Source of the DNA: a virus
DNA length: 47,771 nucleotides
Virus record (IMG/VR): IMGVR_UViG_3300000233_000003
Span: 1 to 47,771 of that record
Reading direction: 5' to 3' (one strand)
The notes under the pieces are model-generated. The model did no database searches. It was not told the DNA's origin and worked only from the letters and a program-made list of their open reading frames with translations. The stretch's first letter is position 1. The number at the start of each line of letters is the position of its first letter. Made by a program: the position numbers and the translations under genes. Shown piece after piece: positions 8,731 to 17,900 of this stretch.

Positions 8731-9135
8731 ATGGCAACGGGCTCAGATTCTTCCAATCAGTTATATCCTTTTTCAACTGAGGATAATAAGACAATCCCAC
8801 TTGATGTTATTAGGCCAGTGGCTCTATTCAAGTTGGATATTTCTGCTAGTGGTATCAGCTCTATTACTATCCCCTCTGGATGGAAAGTAGCATCTTTCTA
8901 TTCACCTGGAGGATGCTTTGTTCAGTTTGTGGCGGCTACTCTTACTAATCCTTTAGTGTCAAATATAGCCCATGCTACTACACTATTCATTCCTCCTGGT
9001 TGCATTGTAACATCTACTGTGCTAGAAGGGGCAGGAAAAGTAATCCCTCTTAGTGGGTCATCTACTTATCTTGTTGCTCAGCAGATACAAAAATGGGCAG
9101 GTGTAGCATTGCAACGGCAGCTCTCTAATATTTAA
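8731..9135 (+). CDS. Hypothetical virion protein (134 aa)
   Basis: ATG 3 nt after the previous stop. Composition looks beta-rich. No motif recognised. Confidence 0.65.
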   Translation: MATGSDSSNQLYPFSTEDNKTIPLDVIRPVALFKLDISASGISSITIPSGWKVASFYSPGGCFVQFVAATLTNPLVSNIAHATTLFIPPGCIVTSTVLEGAGKVIPLSGSSTYLVAQQIQKWAGVALQRQLSNI

Positions 9136-9147
9136 TAGGAAATCATC

Positions 9148-12141
9148 ATGGCACAGACAGCTAAGTTTATTGATATAACTAGGACATTCATTCCTATCGA
9201 TCCTAATTCTTTTCCTGAAACTCTATCTGAGCCTTCAGGATCTTCTACGCCTGAGGAAAAGACACCGGTTATGGCCTACAAAGGTTATAACTTCATGCCA
9301 ACTTCCTATGGCTATAAGAGCTACTTCGGTGTCAATGCAAAACTTAATATTGATGATGCTCCAGCTGATGTGGATGAGCTCTTTATCTATCAGAATGTCT
9401 TGCTTGAGAATGTTCTTATTGCCCTTTGCGCTTCTGGTATCTGGGTAAAGAAAGGTACAGCTGTAGGTGCTTGGGAGCAACTTGTAACTTATACCCCACC
9501 AGGAGAGAATGTTCACTACCTATGGACTACTGCCATTATTGCAGATAAGCTATATGCATATATGCAAGGAAAACCCACCTATTATCTTATTGACTCTGAT
9601 CTTACTGATGGGGTTACAGCTGTATCCAAGACTCCTAACTTTCTGAATATGCTCTATCAAGTAGGGATATTCCGTGCAGCTGGGCGCCTTGCTTTCTGGG
9701 ATGTTACTGACTCAATGGCTTGGTCTAACATAGATGATTTTACTGACTTCGAGCCTTCTCTTGAAACCTTGGCTGGTAATGCAACATTCTCTGATGTGCA
9801 GGGGAAGATCATAACTGTACTTAGCCATGGTGAAGGTTTCATGATCTATGCTTCTAAGAGCATAGTGTACATCTCTGCAAATACTGCTAATCTGTACCAA
9901 TGGAAGCCACAAGTTCTTCTTCCTTCTACTGGCATACAGTATCCGCGGCAGGCTTGCATTGCTTCCCCAGATACTATCCATTTCGCTTACACTACCGAAG
10001 GTCTTAAGAAGATAACTAAGTCAGTACCTGAAACTATTGTTACTGAGATTACTGACTTCTTAAAGGATACTCCACAGCCTATCTATCTCAAAGTACTAGA
10101 AGGACGTTTCCTTTTCCTTGAGATGATGGATGATTCCTATATTATCGGAAAAATTCAGAATGGTGAGAATTCTATACCTTCGGAGACATATAAGTTTGAT
10201 GGCTCAGAATACACTCTTGCTGATGTTATAATTCCTGATGAGCCAGCAGGATTCTGCCCTACTTTGGATGGCATAGATAATGGAGAGTTTGATGATGTAG
10301 TGCCTGGAGGTCCTAATAGCCCAACTCCAGCTCCTGGCCCTGCTAATGGTAATCCTGCGCCACATCCTACTGCGCCTAACTATAAGCCAGAATGGACTTG
10401 CTGGATATCTAATAATGGAGCCAAAGATGCAGGCAATTTAGAATGGGGCCCAACTCCGTGCCCTACGCTGGATGCTAAAGGTAAAGAAGTTAATATGTGC
10501 CCGATAGGGGCTCTTACTCAAGCTAGTCTTACTACCAATGAAACAAATAAGAAGGCTGTTAAAGGAGAGGATGCTTACATAGATGGATGGACTATGGAGC
10601 GTTTCATGGCTGTGCAGTCTGCTATTTGGGAAGCAGAAGATAAAGCATTGGAAGCTGTGATTAAGGCTATCCTTGCTAGAGAGAATTCTTCTAATAACGA
10701 GGATCTTGCTGCTACCTGCACTCCTTCTACTCCTGCTGCCAATTACTGTGAGTTAGGTAATTATGTTAAGGGGTTTTCAGCCCCTAAATTTGGGTTCAAT
10801 TCTTGCTCATTCTGGCTAACACGCTACGCTACTGACTTCTTAAAGATTAAAAGGAAACGTCAAGAAACTATTACCTGTCAAGATAGCGATGCTGAGTATG
10901 GTCCAGTAAATTATGTTACTAGCACTTTCATGGCTTTAGGCGATTCTGGCGCTACTGTAGCTGCACTGAGTGGAGTGTACTCAAGCGCAAGCGCTATAGG
11001 TACTGAACTAATAGCAATGAAGAATGGAGTATTTCCTGTAGCTACTTCCTATACTGGTCCTACTATTCTATCAATTAATATGTGGGGGAATCAAAATCCA
11101 GGGCCAAATGCTATTGTTGCAGTTGATGTAGCTACTTCTGAACCTTATGTAGGAGATGCAGGGTATGCTGGGGTTAGTATCTCATTCTCATGTGAAGAAG
11201 GCTATACCTTAGAAAGAGACCCAGTAACTTTTGAGCCTTCCTGTGTTAAGCATGTAAATCCTAAGAAACGTACTGGCGTAGTATCTACTAATGTGGGTGA
11301 GCCTATTACTCTGGCACCTACACCAGAATCAGGCTTCTGTAGTATAACTGGTTGGACATATACTGATGCAGAAGGTAAGGCTGCCAGGATGAATGCTACT
11401 ACCTGCACGTCTGCTAATGGAGGAACTCCTAAGCCTGGGGGTACAAGTTCTACTGGTGCAGGGGCCTCTAATTTCAATAAAGCTCCTATTGATGCTCCTA
11501 CTGATGTTCCAATAGATCCTGAGACAGGATTAGTATGTGGTCAAGGAGCTGATGGGTTTACCTTAGATGGAGAAACTATAACATGGCCAGGAAGTGAAGT
11601 TATAATTCCAGCTTCATCATTTCTCTTTAGCCTTGGATCTTATGCTCCACTATATCCTACTATCAATGGGGCTTTTGTCTATGACTTGCAACTTAAGAAG
11701 TGGGGGAAGATGCATCTTTCGTATAAACTTCTTCTCGACTATTCTCCTATTAACTCCAGTGCCACAGGATTGGTAGCTGCCTCAGTCTTTGGTATACTTG
11801 GAGGAATCCTAGATACAGAGAAGAAGATACGGTTGTTTGATACTTCCCCTTCGGATAGTTATATAACATACGGGAAAGTAGGATACTATCGTTTAGGAAA
11901 AACATCAGTGGAAGAAGTTAGAGTTGATTTTAGAGCACCATCTACTGGTTCTATTGAGACTTCTACTTCTATTGATGGGGCTGCTCTTGTTCCTGCTCTA
12001 GATAAAGTGCAAGGATTCGTAGGACAGCGATCAGCAACTCTTTTCGGTGTGTATCCTGGGGCATGGATTAATATAACAATCCGTGGTGTTTACGACATTT
12101 CATACCTCGAATATCGAGGCTTCAAACAAGGAAGAAGGTAA
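9148..12141 (+). CDS. Large tail protein (997 aa), possibly a nozzle or tail tubular B-like protein with a Cys-rich central insertion
   Basis: Size and position before the internal virion protein genes. Pro-rich linker PGGPNSPTPAPGPANGNPAPHPTAPN. About 13 Cys are concentrated in the central ~430 aa. Confidence 0.4.
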   Translation: MAQTAKFIDITRTFIPIDPNSFPETLSEPSGSSTPEEKTPVMAYKGYNFMPTSYGYKSYFGVNAKLNIDDAPADVDELFIYQNVLLENVLIALCASGIWVKKGTAVGAWEQLVTYTPPGENVHYLWTTAIIADKLYAYMQGKPTYYLIDSDLTDGVTAVSKTPNFLNMLYQVGIFRAAGRLAFWDVTDSMAWSNIDDFTDFEPSLETLAGNATFSDVQGKIITVLSHGEGFMIYASKSIVYISANTANLYQWKPQVLLPSTGIQYPRQACIASPDTIHFAYTTEGLKKITKSVPETIVTEITDFLKDTPQPIYLKVLEGRFLFLEMMDDSYIIGKIQNGENSIPSETYKFDGSEYTLADVIIPDEPAGFCPTLDGIDNGEFDDVVPGGPNSPTPAPGPANGNPAPHPTAPNYKPEWTCWISNNGAKDAGNLEWGPTPCPTLDAKGKEVNMCPIGALTQASLTTNETNKKAVKGEDAYIDGWTMERFMAVQSAIWEAEDKALEAVIKAILARENSSNNEDLAATCTPSTPAANYCELGNYVKGFSAPKFGFNSCSFWLTRYATDFLKIKRKRQETITCQDSDAEYGPVNYVTSTFMALGDSGATVAALSGVYSSASAIGTELIAMKNGVFPVATSYTGPTILSINMWGNQNPGPNAIVAVDVATSEPYVGDAGYAGVSISFSCEEGYTLERDPVTFEPSCVKHVNPKKRTGVVSTNVGEPITLAPTPESGFCSITGWTYTDAEGKAARMNATTCTSANGGTPKPGGTSSTGAGASNFNKAPIDAPTDVPIDPETGLVCGQGADGFTLDGETITWPGSEVIIPASSFLFSLGSYAPLYPTINGAFVYDLQLKKWGKMHLSYKLLLDYSPINSSATGLVAASVFGILGGILDTEKKIRLFDTSPSDSYITYGKVGYYRLGKTSVEEVRVDFRAPSTGSIETSTSIDGAALVPALDKVQGFVGQRSATLFGVYPGAWINITIRGVYDISYLEYRGFKQGRR

Positions 12142-12145
12142 TATT

Positions 12146-13051
12146 ATGGCAACTTCGCGTTATTCTACAACTGATACCGCTGCTGGCGCAACAAAACAGG
12201 ATACAACAACCACAAATAGTGGAGGTACCACAACTACTTCCCCTACTTCTACAACTACCAATACTTCTGGTACTTCTGTAAAAGACCTTAGCTCTAGTAC
12301 TAATACTACGAATATGTCCTCGCAGAGTCTTGCTGCGCTTGAGGCTCTTATTCAGCAGCTTATGAGTGGAGGCACAGCTAATCAGAAACAGGATAGGGCT
12401 ACTAAGAACACTGAGATTGCCAATCTCCAGATGGATCGTGAGGGTTACAGCAAAGAAGCTGCCTTTGGGGATGCCAAGGGGCTTATGGCACAGCAGATGC
12501 GCTTGGCTCTTGAGAAGCTTATGCCTTCTATCAATGCAGCTTCATTAGGAGCTGGTGCATCTAGTTCAAGTATGCGTGCCCTCCTAACTCAAAGAGCTAG
12601 TGAGAATGCTGCTGAGAATGCAAGTGCTGCTGGTTTAGGAGCTGCTGTGAATTATGGACAGATTGCCAATGGTATGAGCAGCGTCCTTGCCAATTTGATT
12701 GGACAGCAAGATCCTGTTGCTACCGCACTTATTAATGCTCTGTCTGTTGCTAAAGGCTCAGTTACGAATTCCAAGACAACTGGCACTGAGACTACAAACT
12801 CTACAGGCACGCAGACATCTAATACTAGCGGCGGCTCAACTACTACTTCTCCTACATCTTCCACCACTATGTACGCTCCTATGTCTAGTGGGCAGACTAT
12901 GAATCTTCCTCAGGCTAGCTTTGTATCCTATGGCCCTCAGCAAACTGATCAGAGTATCGCTTTAGATAACCTAAAGTACACTGGTTCCACTGCTGATACT
13001 CTTAGCCAGCTTTGGGGTGATCAGAGCTTTGTTAACAACTACACATTCTAA
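12146..13051 (+). CDS. Thr/Ser-rich internal virion protein candidate (301 aa)
   Basis: I chose the ATG at 12146, which has SD AGGAAGAAGG upstream and lies just after the 997-aa stop, over the track start at 12083. Both termini carry SGG(T/S)TTTSPTS(T/S)TT low-complexity repeats, and the core is helical and Ala-rich. Confidence 0.6.
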   Translation: MATSRYSTTDTAAGATKQDTTTTNSGGTTTTSPTSTTTNTSGTSVKDLSSSTNTTNMSSQSLAALEALIQQLMSGGTANQKQDRATKNTEIANLQMDREGYSKEAAFGDAKGLMAQQMRLALEKLMPSINAASLGAGASSSSMRALLTQRASENAAENASAAGLGAAVNYGQIANGMSSVLANLIGQQDPVATALINALSVAKGSVTNSKTTGTETTNSTGTQTSNTSGGSTTTSPTSSTTMYAPMSSGQTMNLPQASFVSYGPQQTDQSIALDNLKYTGSTADTLSQLWGDQSFVNNYTF

Positions 13052-13060
13052 GGAAAGAAA

Positions 13061-14932
13061 ATGGCAACTCGTGATATCAGCCCCCATGAACTTGTAATGC
13101 CTGATGGCAATGCTCCTAGCATCTATGCTTCCCCTGAAGAATGGGCAGCTTACAGGGAAGAACAAGCTAGAATGAAGCAGGAGGATGAGCTTTCCGCCCT
13201 TCTTCTTTCTTTGACTGGCCCGACTCCTCTAATTGATACTGGAGCCGGAGCAGGTAGGGGATCTGTAAATCCTCCTAACGCTGATGTAAATAATGTGGGT
13301 GCAGGCCGCGGAGTTGTTAATCCAGCTAATGTTGTTCCTGTACCAGAGACTCTTCTAAGAGATCCCCTAGCTGCTGATGAGAATGGTCACAACCTTACAC
13401 GCACTGATAAGGTCAATACAACTGGAGCAATGCAGCGTATCAATGCAGCAGCTCCTAAATGGTATCCTGGGGTAACTGCTACCATGCAGGAGAATGGGAC
13501 CTTATCTCTTTCCAATATTGGAGCTGCTAATAGCCAAGGTAGCGCTCCTGTTAAGACGGGCCCTAATATCAGTAATGATCTCTTTGCAAGTATCAATGCT
13601 CTTAAGGGGATGACAGATCCTGCTGAAGCTCGCGGAGTTCTATCTAGTATCAGGGAGAGTGCTGCTCAAAAGAGTACTTCCCTCATGGCGGAGGCTATGA
13701 ACTTTGCTTCTTCTAAGCTTGGTGTGCCTTTCCTTGAGCAGCAGCTGAGAGAAGCTGAGGCAGCAGATAGAGCTGACCCAATGTGGTATACTGGCATTGG
13801 AGACTCTCCTATCACAGCCAAAATCCGTCAGCAATTGCTTACTACCAGAAGCAGCGTGGATAATGAGGCCAAGAACTATCTTGCCACTAACACCACATTT
13901 GCTAGCATGAATGCGGCTCTTAAGACAGCCGAGGAAGAAGCTAAGCGTATTGATGCTCTCTCTGCTAGAAAGGAACGTCTAGGGGATGAACTTACTCTAA
14001 GGGCAGAGCTCAAGAAGGATGCCAAGGTAGAAGAGGCTGCTGCATTACGTGCTTCCTTATCCCCTACAGAACAGAAGCGTTTAGCTATCCTGAATCCTTC
14101 TATTGCCAATGAAGCTGATCCAGATGCTCAGATGATGGCTATGGCTGCTTCTATTAAGCGGGCAGATAGAGACCCTGCTATGCGGGAGGCTCTTGGTGCA
14201 GCAGATCAGGACTTACCTACACTTGCTATGAGTGGGAATGCTGATGCCCTGACTCTTACTATCTCCAAGGAGAAAGAGAATAATCCAGCAGCTACAGATG
14301 AATCTGTAAAGGCTACTCTGGATATCATTGCGCGTAATGCAGGTAAGCCTGAGATGGTTGATGCTCTGCTTCGTAAGAAGTATGGTACCAAGTTTGATTC
14401 TCCTGAAGCTAAGGCTGAGAAAGCTGCTTTGCTAGCTTCTTCCGTAGGCTTAGATGCTGCTGGTAAGAAGATCAAAAGAGCACAGGATAATGCAATTGCT
14501 CTGGAAATCTATCGTGGGCAAGCTACTGACCGCTTTGCTTCTAATGTAGCTTCATGGGGTATTCAAGATCCAGAGTTCTTAGCAGCTCAAGAAGATGCCT
14601 ATAAGACCACTGGCAAGAGAGATCTCCAATCTGTTATTACTTCTTACATGAAGAACATCTCCAATGATCCTGCTAGTGGCTTGGTGAAGATGGCAGCTCT
14701 CAAGCAGATGGCTTCTAGCGCAGCCGGCCGTCAGGCTAAGAGTATGTTTGGTACGCCAGATACACTTATCTTAAATGCCCTCATTGATAATGCAGCTAGG
14801 ACAAGTGGCTTGTGGGAAGCTATTAAGAAAGTACTCTCTGTGCCCTCCACCTCAAATACCAGCATGGCTCCTCTAGGCTCACTAGGAGCTTTTGCTATCG
14901 GTACTCAAAACTACATGAACAATAGGGAATAA
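13061..14932 (+). CDS. Internal virion protein candidate (623 aa), coiled-coil and Ala/Glu/Lys-rich
   Basis: Position corresponds to the T7 gp14/gp15 slots. SD AAGGAAAG upstream of the ATG. No enzymatic motif recognised. Confidence 0.5.
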   Translation: MATRDISPHELVMPDGNAPSIYASPEEWAAYREEQARMKQEDELSALLLSLTGPTPLIDTGAGAGRGSVNPPNADVNNVGAGRGVVNPANVVPVPETLLRDPLAADENGHNLTRTDKVNTTGAMQRINAAAPKWYPGVTATMQENGTLSLSNIGAANSQGSAPVKTGPNISNDLFASINALKGMTDPAEARGVLSSIRESAAQKSTSLMAEAMNFASSKLGVPFLEQQLREAEAADRADPMWYTGIGDSPITAKIRQQLLTTRSSVDNEAKNYLATNTTFASMNAALKTAEEEAKRIDALSARKERLGDELTLRAELKKDAKVEEAAALRASLSPTEQKRLAILNPSIANEADPDAQMMAMAASIKRADRDPAMREALGAADQDLPTLAMSGNADALTLTISKEKENNPAATDESVKATLDIIARNAGKPEMVDALLRKKYGTKFDSPEAKAEKAALLASSVGLDAAGKKIKRAQDNAIALEIYRGQATDRFASNVASWGIQDPEFLAAQEDAYKTTGKRDLQSVITSYMKNISNDPASGLVKMAALKQMASSAAGRQAKSMFGTPDTLILNALIDNAARTSGLWEAIKKVLSVPSTSNTSMAPLGSLGAFAIGTQNYMNNRE

Positions 14933-14934
14933 GA

Positions 14935-17900
14935 ATGTCTACTCTATTTGGAAACTCAGAAGGCTTCGATACTGAAATCAACAATGACTATCATTCTGCT
15001 AAGTTTGACACACAGTCGAATTTGGTGAATGATGTTCTAGGGGGAGCACTTGCCACTGTTGTGGATGCTGGCGCCTCTCTTTGGAATTCTATCCCTTTCA
15101 CACCTGAAGCTTCTACGGCTGATCTTCTTTCAGGAATCTCTGATAATGCATTGCGAGTTTACGAAGAAAACCCGGAGACTATTCATACTGCTTCTTTTAT
15201 TGCAGGTTCTTTGGTTCCTGGTGGCTTGGCCATCAAGGGAATGAATGCTATCCGCAATGGTTCCAAAGCGGTTAACTGGTTTACAACTGCAGGTAAGCGG
15301 CAGAGCTTGGATGAAGTTGCTTCTATGTTCAAAGCAGGGGCAGGAGAAACCACTGCCTATAGAAGTGCGGTTCGTGGAATCTATGCTAAGACAGCTGTTA
15401 ACCAAGCTATTGATGCTGCTGCATTTGAAGTAGCTGCTCTTGGTGCAATGAATGCACATCCTTATGTAGAAGATTACATGAAGGATCCTGTTTCCAACTT
15501 TGGTATCTCTATCCTTGCAGGTGGTGTACTTGGTGGAGCAGTAGGTGCTATTGCAGATAATGCTGCAGTCAAACGGGAAGCTGGAAGCATCTATTCCAAT
15601 GCAATTGATTTTGTATTCGGTAAGACAGCTCCTATCAATCCAACCGCGCCCACCACTGCCAATCTCATGGCGGCCCATACGAATATCTCTTTGTTTGATG
15701 CTATCATTAAGGATCGTAAGATTGCTGGCTTTACAGATGCGAATGATCTGATCTATGGCATGGCTGCTAAGGCTAAGATAGCTGCTACTGCTGAAGCTGA
15801 TACTATCTTTGAGAGCATGATGAGTGGCTCGCTGAGTAATCTTCCTCTGGAATCTAAGGAGATTATCAAAAAGCGCTTTGCTACAGATGCGGCTCTACTT
15901 GGAGTAGAATCCTTCCGCCCAACTGCTGCTTCTGATTTTACTGTAAAGGCTGTGGGCAAAGTAAAGACTGCGGGAGATCTTACACCTGAGCCAACTCTTA
16001 TTGATATCACTTCCAAGAAAGGCCCAACACAGCCTAGAGCAGTTGAGGCAGTATACTATCCTGGAGTTGGCTTTGGTACCAAGGCTGATCTGAAACACTA
16101 TGCAGGAGCTAATGCCCTGCCTGGTACAGTAGAAAGCTGGGCCAAAGATCTCCCATATAATTTCGGTAAGACTCCGAATATTGATGCTTCCTTTGAGCTT
16201 ATGGGAAAGGCCTCAGCTGATGTACAGAAAAGCTACATTGCTGTGATGGAGAAAGTAGATAAGATGACTGCGGCTGAGATTTCAAAGCTGCAAGTATCTA
16301 TCTCTGATGGCCCACTGATCTCCGCTATTCTTGCTAAGAGCTCCAAGGATCCTGAAGTAGCTGCACTGACTATTAAGACCTTTGATAGAAGTCCTGTTTA
16401 CAAGACTGTAATGCAGCAGAAGACTGAGCAACTTATCGCATCTGGTGTTATCTCTAAGACAGGTCCTACTCCTACCTATCAGGCAGCTATTGATAAGATT
16501 GCTGGCAATGGGAACATCAACTACTATCGGCCAGGGCGCTCAGGCACTGGTGAAGGTGTTACTATGCTGGATGATTGGATTAGCGGTAATGTTAATAAGA
16601 TGCGCAAGGCGTCTATTGACTACTATGGCCTGAAGCATGGCGGCTTTGGTGCGCATAATGCGGACACAAATGCAGCAACCGCTTTCGCAGAACTTGTTGA
16701 CTCACCTGCTTCTAATAAACTCCGTGATGATCTTCGTAAGCTTGCTGATGCTAATGGGGATATCTTCCTATATCGTGGTAGTAAGCACAAGGGCACAGAA
16801 CAAGGCCACGCAGCTGTAGTATCCTATACAACTCATGCAACTAAGGGGGCACAATTCGGTACAGTGCGGCTCTTTAAAGTCAATGTAGATGATGTTCTCA
16901 TGGGCTTCGAGGATATTGGATCAGGAGCTCATAATGCAGAAATTCTAGTTCGTGCTGGTGCTCGTGCGGAAGAGGCCCGTATTGATAAGGCAGGGAATCT
17001 TATTCAGCCTGCTGGCGCACAAACTGTACAAGCTGCTCCTGCTGGAAGCGTTATTAATCAGACAACTACTACTATCTCCTCTGTAATAGATGGTGGGGTA
17101 GATGCTTCTTTGGCTGATCTTAAACGTATCCTTAGTGAGCAGAAGAAAGAGGCTATTGATACGCTCCTAGCTCAAGGGGCTCCTATGCAGTCTATTGCAC
17201 TCAAGACGAATACTCCTGAGATTGCAGTGATGACCTACGCCAGCATGAAAGATAAGACTGCTGACTTCCTAGCCAACCTGCATCCTACTGACTTCTCACT
17301 CGTAGGCTCTGTAGATGATTTCTCTAAGGTCCTCAATAAAGCAGACCAGCCGCTTGTTATTAAAGGGAATATCAAGAAGGCTCAGTATGTGCAGGCTATG
17401 GCTTCCTTGAACAACAGATCTCTCTCAACTATCAATTCTGAGATCACTGCTGCTAGTATGTTCTCGTCTACTAACTACTATGTACAACGTGCCGCTGAGA
17501 TCACATTTGGAGAAGGTCGTGATATTGAATCAGTTAGGTATCAGCTTGACTTCATTAAGAACGCTTTGGGGAAAGCTAATAACTCTCTTGCCGGCAATGC
17601 TTTTATTAATAGCGCTGACTTCTTTGCTAGGAACATGGGCGATCTTGGGCCAATGGTTTCTAGTATAGGACGCAAGTGGGAGAAGCTACGTAATGATTTT
17701 ATTACTGAAGTCAACAAGCCACTAGCTGAGCACATGACTAAGATCTCTGTCAACAAAGCAGAGGTCATTGAGTTCAATACATTCCGTGAAGTGAATGCAT
17801 CTCTTAAAGGTTGGAGAGGATTCCGCCTGGATGAGGATACTCAGCAATGGAATATTGTGCAGAAGATTATCAAGAAGGATGAAGCTGGGAAGAAAATAAC

